Assembly (NCBI RefSeq): GCF_000981445.1
Contig: NC_027218.1
Span: forward strand, 930,001 to 994,000
Length of the DNA stretch: 64,000 bases
DNA from: Babesia bigemina
Lineage: Eukaryota
Direction: 5' to 3'
In this document: positions 57,726-64,000 of the stretch, in pieces
Layout of the letters: every line of letters begins with the position of its first letter
Position numbering within the stretch: the first letter of the stretch is position 1
Program-made: the position numbers and the translations under genes
Notes under the pieces: model-generated
Told to the model about the DNA's origin: nothing
The model's input: the letters and a program-made list of their open reading frames with translations, nothing else
The model's database searches: none

Positions 57726-58184
57726 ATGGGTGATGAATGGTGGATTCGGTGCACGTGTAAAAAGAACTGTAGGAAGCATAACTGTCTTTGCTGTCCATAT
57801 TGTTGTACAGGATGTAGTATAAAAAGGTGTCTTCAATGTCTCCCAACCTCTCAATTGCGCATGAGTGGAAGAGAGGATTGCAAAACTGAGATATGTGAAG
57901 ACTGTGACAAACAAAAATGTCTGTGTTTATGTTGTAGAACTAAACGCAGTGAAGCTGATCTTCGTGCACAGCGTGCCGCCATTGAACGGCGTGCCGCCCT
58001 TGCCCCCGGTTCACCCTCTCTCCCCAGCGTTCAGCTTCAGCACGCCAATCAACAGCCTACCACCGCTTCCAACCCCGCCCCTTACATCATCGCCCCCGTC
58101 GTTCTCATCATCGTCGTCATCTGCGTCATGAGCTACTTCCGCATCCGGCCGTTCCACAGGGTGCGGTATCTACTGCGCAGCTAA
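57726..58184 (+). CDS. Small Cys-rich C-terminal-TM protein, paralog 4 (152 aa)
   Basis: CLCCPYCCTGC...CLCLCC, Pro/Ala linker, TM and tail FRIRPFHRVRY. Probable 5'UTR intron 57667-57702. Confidence 0.8.
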   Translation: MGDEWWIRCTCKKNCRKHNCLCCPYCCTGCSIKRCLQCLPTSQLRMSGREDCKTEICEDCDKQKCLCLCCRTKRSEADLRAQRAAIERRAALAPGSPSLPSVQLQHANQQPTTASNPAPYIIAPVVLIIVVICVMSYFRIRPFHRVRYLLRS

Positions 58185-58901
58185 TAACAATGACCTAACT
58201 GGCAGCTGAGATTTAATGTTGTAGACAGAGTAGTAATTGCATCAATGACCAATCACATGATCAGTGAGGTGACCTAGTACCTGACCAGAGTGATGACCTC
58301 AACGCCAACCTTAATTTCGCCAATGCGTTGTCACGTTGGATACATGTGAGAGGTGGCTACGTCATCTCACTGTGAAGCTGAGTAATTGGCCACCAAGGTA
58401 GGCAGCTGGTAAGTGCTGTGTTACATGAGTCATTATGTAGTTGCTGTGTCACTAGTTGAGATGCCAGCAATGGGATCCACCGGGACTGCGACGTGGTCAG
58501 TGTACGGCGTGGTTATGTTACATAGATAGTATTGGTATAGATGAGAAGCGTATCAAGCAAACTTTGTGGCTCACTCAGGCATTCATTATGACAGTAATGT
58601 TACAGCAGTCTTAGGCACTGCCAACGTTGCACAGTCTGTGATGGTTGGAGTGACTGCTCCACTGGCACAGGTTGACCTGCATGCCACGGCGAGGATGGTA
58701 TCAACATGCTTTATCTTGGTTTTACTTCCGTTGTGATAGTTGCATAGTTGTGATGTGAGTGGCGGTACACTGGATGGTCGCCATCTTGCTGCTACCGTGG
58801 CGCCGATGGTAGATGGTCAGTGTCCTTCGCTGAGGTGCGTGTTCATGAGAGGTTGGTGAGTGCTGCTTAGGTGATGGATATGTTTGCAGGTTGAGGGGAA
58901 T

Positions 58902-59438
58902 ATGACGGGGAGGTATTTTAGGTCAGGTGCTCCGTGTAATGTCTGTCGTTATGGATGTCTAACATTTACGACTTGTTATTGTTGCCCGTGGTGTTGTATA
59001 GAATGTAATAAAAAAGGTTACGAGAGTTGTACTGCGTGTTACCTAAATTTCGATAAACACCGAAGTGGCACTGAATGCCATCCTTCAGGATGTAGTTCTC
59101 GAAAAATACAGTGTACCAACCCCAAGTGTCAATGTACATGTTGCAAAGAAAAATGTAAAAAAGAGCCTGGCACCTGCAGTCCCCCCGCTCCCCCCTCTCT
59201 CCCAAGTCAAGAGCATTCTGTTGCAACTGAAAATCATGCGTCCCGTCCCGAAGCTCTCAAGATAGAAAGCAAAGCTCCACCTTCCCCCCCTAATCCCCAA
59301 GCCATCGCCGCCGTCATCATTGCCATCATCGTTGCCATCATCCTGCTCGACCTGTGCATCTTCCGCTTTCCGGTGGGCCGCAACATCCGCGATTTCCTCG
59401 TCCGCAAGATACCCTTCTGCATCGCGTTTTACAGCTAA
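58902..59438 (+). CDS. Small Cys-rich C-terminal-TM protein, paralog 5 (178 aa)
   Basis: CYCCPWCCIEC...CQCTCC, Pro-rich linker, TM and tail FRFPVGRNIRDFLVRKIPFCIAFYS. Probable 5'UTR intron 58856-58889. Confidence 0.8.
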   Translation: MTGRYFRSGAPCNVCRYGCLTFTTCYCCPWCCIECNKKGYESCTACYLNFDKHRSGTECHPSGCSSRKIQCTNPKCQCTCCKEKCKKEPGTCSPPAPPSLPSQEHSVATENHASRPEALKIESKAPPSPPNPQAIAAVIIAIIVAIILLDLCIFRFPVGRNIRDFLVRKIPFCIAFYS

Positions 59439-59569
59439 TATCCACAATTTGTTAGCGCAAATTTCTCAATCCTTATTCCACTGATCACCTAACTGACAAC
59501 TGACATCTAATGTTGTAGACAGTAATGATTGCATCGATGATCAATCACATGAGCAGTGAGGTGACCATA

Positions 59570-59738
59570 ACACCCGCCCCTTACATCATCGCTGCCGTCG
59601 CCGTCATCCTCATCGCCGTATGCGCCATGACCGTTTTTCGCATCCGGCGGTTCCACAAGGTTCGCGATTTCTGCGCCCGCAGAATTAACGGTTTGCGTAG
59701 CACTCTTTAATCAAGTTCAACAATTTCAATTATCGCAC
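59570..59738 (+). pseudogene. Orphan TM-plus-tail fragment of the Cys-rich family
   Basis: PAPYIIAAVAVILIAVCAMTVFRIRRFHKVRDFCARRINGLRSTL*. Closely matches the reverse complement of 49805-49945, including the 3' flank; no Cys domain upstream. Confidence 0.7.
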
Positions 59739-59904
59739 ATGACTCATGGTGTCAGACGTTAGCAGCACAATGCTTGTCTAATGGTATATTATTATATATT
59801 CGATAATCGTGCATCGGAAGGTATCTGGAGAGACGTTCACAAATTACGTCCAAACATAGCATCGAATGCACATTGTCAAATTGAACTGGGTTAACCATGG
59901 TGGC

Positions 59905-59998
59905 CTGTCATACGTCCTTCTTGGCTGCCTCGATACGCTCCACATCCGCCCGCAGATTGGGGTGTCAGCTTCCCATTGCATTGGTGCCCACGCGTTTG
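59905..59998 (+). pseudogene. Degenerate ves C-terminal tail fragment
   Basis: LSYVLLGCLDTLHIRPQIGVSASHCIGAHA aligns with LLYVIIGRLDTFHIRSHLRLQSSHKISAQS of the gene at 18081. Confidence 0.6.
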
Positions 59999-60477
59999 AA
60001 GTCTCAGAAAGATATAATATCTGCGGGCGTTGTGATGATGGTATTATTAAAAAATTTTTTCAACTTACTACCGTATCATTGTTAATTAACCCGGGAGATG
60101 TTCTAATGGTTTTTACCGTCACATACAAAATCGCAACTAACCATTAAGTATACAAACACTGGAACTTTAGGAAGTGTAATTGATAGCGTTATACGCTGCA
60201 CGTGATTTAGAGACGAGAATTGCCCTAGAAAGACATGCGATGAGGCGATTCACTGGCTTTCTGTATCAGTGTGCCGTGTATGAACAACAGAGTGACGTCT
60301 TCTCATATCCGGCAAACAGCTCAAAGATTATCAACGCAACACAATCGGTCACCGACCAGCATCACAGCTTTGATAACCTACAGGCTCAACACATCAATTA
60401 TATATTAAGATCATCAGACAAGTTATATGGGTGCGATGTTCTGAGTTGTACTAATACACAAGATATGGGACATTAAA

Positions 60478-61977
60478 TCACGCCATGTTAAGGTACTCCT
60501 TCATGCTTATAACACCAGCCTGATCAGGCTTGCCTGGGTTCCCTGCATTAACGTCATCCGATGGTGAAAGCCACTGGTCAGGATCACACTTGTCTACGTT
60601 CTGTAGCAATATACAGATTACGGTGAAACTTATACTAACCGTAATGTAAGCGATCACCAACTCCTTTTGTTCCTCGTAGCTGAATTCACTAACCGTCTTC
60701 CTTTCACGTCTACGGATTTCAGTGGGGAATATTTCTTGCGTCTCGATGTTGTTAACTACATACGGTTACAATGTGACCAATTACTACCTACACATAATCA
60801 TCGGTGTGGGTTGGGTCGTCTTGCGCACTGCTCCTCCGCGTGCTGATGGCTCCGCATTCGCACGTAGCACCGGGCATGTTTTGATGAATAGCGGGTTGCG
60901 TGTCAGTGCCTTCATGGTTTGAAGTTGCTCGTCCATTTTGGCTTTCCTAGCTTCTAATGCCCGGAGGTGGTCTATCTTGGAGGTATCATTTTTGACGAGT
61001 TCGGTGAGAAGCTCGATTTCGTGAGATGTTCTCTGTATCGCAGCTATCAAGCTGCTGCGACCACCTTGAAACTCAGTCTGTTCCACGGATTCCTTAAGCA
61101 ATTTCCGTTCTAGAATGAGCTGCACATCCTCGTCAGTGAAAGTGAACTGCATCATGATGAATATGCCATGCGGGAAGCTTACATTTCTGAGATTAGTAGC
61201 CGCTTGATTCAGGTCCCTGATTAACCATTCGCCTCCGAACTTGATCTCTTCTTGCAAAATTGGTGCGCTGCAGACGTCGTTGAGCCCTATTTTGTTGAGC
61301 GTGTCGGAGCGGCGATCCGTCATAAGGCGGCCCAATATGCTGTATGATGTTTTGCCGAGAAATTCACGTATTTCGTGGTCACAGCTGTTTCCGACACTAT
61401 CACCATATACAACATATTCGTTAGTCTTTACTAGGCGCTCCACTTTGAATATGGCATGGGTGTTCACGAGGTGTGGGTGCTGCGAACTGACAGAATCTGG
61501 CGCAGCGTCTGGCGTGATCCATATTCGCATCAAGCTGCCAACTAGATACTTGGAACAATGCGGATGCTCCAGGATGTGAAGTGCACGTGTTTTTGAAACT
61601 CTTGCTTTGTTGACAAGCGACGTTGGGGCCAAAGACTGTTGATCTGTCTCCTCGTCAAAAAGAGCGACGTCATCCGACGCAGCTGCATCTGCCTTCGTCG
61701 TAGTGTCCTCAATAATATCATTTAAATTGTTCATGTCGAGTGGGTCTTCTTCGATTAAGCCGTCTTCTTCCTCGTTTGCGTCGATGGAGACGGTAGGCCC
61801 GAAGTCTTCGTTGAGCAGATTCCTGCGTTGTCTCTTCCTCAGATTTTCCGCATGCTGCTCAGCAAGAATCATCTCACGTTGGAAATCGGTCAAGCGTTCA
61901 TTTCCAGCGCCACTGGCCGATTGCCCGGACCGGGCATCGTTGCTCCCGCCGGTGCCTCGAACTAGCCTCAACACCAT
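60478..61977 (-). CDS. RTF1: RTF1-like (Paf1 complex) Plus-3 domain protein, multi-exon
   Basis: LTDFQREMILAE; Plus3-like RVSKTRALHILEHPHCSKYLVGSLMRI...LNDVCSAPILQEE; FTFTDEDVQLILERK; C-terminal ISMKEYL. Confidence 0.65.
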
Positions 61978-62304
61978 CTTGTAGACCGTGTTCGTTCACA
62001 GAATAGACACTCAAGCAAGGTTCCAGATGTGTGACGCTCGGATAACCGATGAAGTACTAGAATCCTGGACCAGGTTGTGTACATATGCGATTCAAGATTT
62101 TGATAAAACGTGCCCATTCGGCGCATACAGCTGACTTCATATACCTAAAAACTATTCATTAATATACTACGTCGTGGCCAAAACCACACTGGCGCTAAAT
62201 GACGCCTGTTAGCCTTATAACAAAGGGCGGCACTCCACGGTGATGGGAGCGTACACATACGACTTTGACCGTACACAGTTTATTTATATAGCCTTGCTGA
62301 GTTA

Positions 62305-64000
62305 TTAGTGTTGTTTAATTTGTATGTGTGTGGACTCCGCGACGTTTTCCGCCTGCAACCGTGTTTCCGGAACCACGATTACGCGGATCCCCCTCATTCG
62401 AAGTAGATCGCAGAAAAGCCACATCTTGCTCTTCAGATGCACACCTCGGTGACAAGCTGCACAATTTAGTCCGTTTATATACTAAACGTACCGTAGTAGT
62501 CCTGTCTTTTAATAACTTGCACTGCCGTACGAAGGCCAGGGTAGTAGAAGTCGACGACCAGGTTATCGATTTTATGGAATTCGACATACTCGTGCCCATT
62601 ATCGTGCTTATCAATCCACTGCTTCAATACGTGATGACTTTTGCCTCCGGTTGCTTGAGGTAGTCTCAAATCTCGTGCCAGCGCCTCAACGTCAGTGCCC
62701 ATAATAGGGGTGTGTTCAACCACTCCTCCTAGCCTGTCTGGGACATCGTATGGCGCAGGCTGCATCATCTCCATATATGCTGTGTAGAAGTCAGGCCGTC
62801 TGTATTTCTGGTAGTCCAGCACTTCCATGAGGGTGGTAGTGGGCTTCCTCAGGCAGAATTCGAACAGCGGTTGTGACAACTTTGTTGCATAGTCCCCGTG
62901 ATTCGTGAATTCTATGAACTGTAATATCGTGGCGGCGCATTCTAGATCATCCAATAGATCGGGGCAGTTGTATACACGGTCGAGTATCACATCCGCTAAT
63001 TCAGCGCATACTATCCGCGACTCCGTTAGCTGCTTCAACACTGCGGTTAGGTCCACCATACTGACCGTGCTGTTGTATTTCACCTTTTGTAGTATGGAAG
63101 TCTGTATGAGGCTGGCTATTGGCTGAACATGGGATATATCCAGTTCAACTTTAGTTAAGCACTCCAAAAGTTTGATAAGGCCGCGGAGTGGAATGTCTTT
63201 TGCGACACTGCCCGACTTTGCTATGTAAAGTAGATCGGTATCCTTTTTAACTGCCATTTTATTATCCGTACGCAAGGTTCCTTCGTGATGTGCCGGGGTA
63301 GAAACTGAGGATGGGTCGCAACAATCATTGACCATGACACCCTCACCCGTGGCGCCAAGCCCTTCACATTGCCCAGCCGACAAGTGCCCCAGAACCTCCT
63401 CTGCCACTTTATCGGTTACTACTTCGGCGCTTCCACATTGTATTTGAGTTACGTTGATCTGATTTCGCGGGTTCAGGTGCGGAAAGAGTAGGGAGAATCC
63501 AGACTCTAATACATTGGCGTTGATGCGTTGCATGTTGAGTGTCACATACAGATGTAAACAATCTATTATAGCCGCCACATCAGACTTGTTCTTTTCCAGA
63601 GCATCCTGCACAAGCGGTATGAGGTACTTCCTATGCCTCTTTGCAGATATCTGCGCCAGGCTCTTGAACGCCTGTAGCAGTTCTGGACCTGTGCCACCGG
63701 CCAATTTGCCACGTGCCATCTTCGAAAGCAAGCGCGAAACATCCACGTACGAACTATTGATGTGCAGAGTATTACAGCACGCCAACAGTTTCAAGAACGT
63801 TTTTCCATCGACAGCCGCCACCATGGGTTTTTGAATGTTCTTCAACAGCAGTTTTCTTACCACGCCACTCTGCTTGAACATGAGTGATATGGCCAGGCAA
63901 AATGTGATCATTTCTTCAAATGGCATGTACTCGATCTTGTGTTCGAATTCCTTCCTGAGGGCGGCGTTGAGCATTTGGCACTCTTCGCTGTACACGTTCG
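62305..64000 (-). CDS. RAP-domain protein, 5'-partial
   Basis: Helical Leu-rich body. After a short intron near 62457-62491 the C-terminus reads VVDFYYPGLRTAVQV...LKSKMWLFCDLLRMRGIRVIVVP, a RAP-like end. Confidence 0.6.

Noticed and set aside
1..64000. tRNA or rRNA genes
   Set aside because: None recognised by eye; tRNAscan-SE or Infernal would be needed to exclude them.

Overview
Eukaryotic, intron-containing, very compact apicomplexan DNA. The ves-type genes and the short GT-AG introns point to Babesia sensu stricto, probably the B. ovata/B. bigemina lineage (inference). Three GC-richer housekeeping blocks are present. Block 1 (1-14.2 kb): PP4R3/SMEK, Abitram-like, TMEM121-like, ATP synthase alpha, Vps45, eS30. 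Block 2 (37.8-47.8 kb): SERP1, RFC1, EMG1, FYV7-like, UTP23, PWP1. Block 3 (60.5-64 kb): RTF1-like and a RAP-domain gene. Two AT-richer variant-antigen islands (about 15-37 kb and 49-60 kb) interrupt them. The islands hold an MFS transporter and three large single-exon VESA-like genes. They also hold five paralogs of a small Cys-rich, C-terminally membrane-anchored protein family that I do not recognise as a named family; these have their own conserved upstream and downstream elements and sit in fixed positions around the ves genes. Two convergent ves genes share an apparently identical ~1.36 kb upstream-plus-N-terminus block as an inverted repeat around ~14 kb. Other points of interest are same-strand stop/start overlaps (TGATG, ATGATG) and an unusually long, structured intron in UTP23. 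All exon boundaries and alignments were made by eye.
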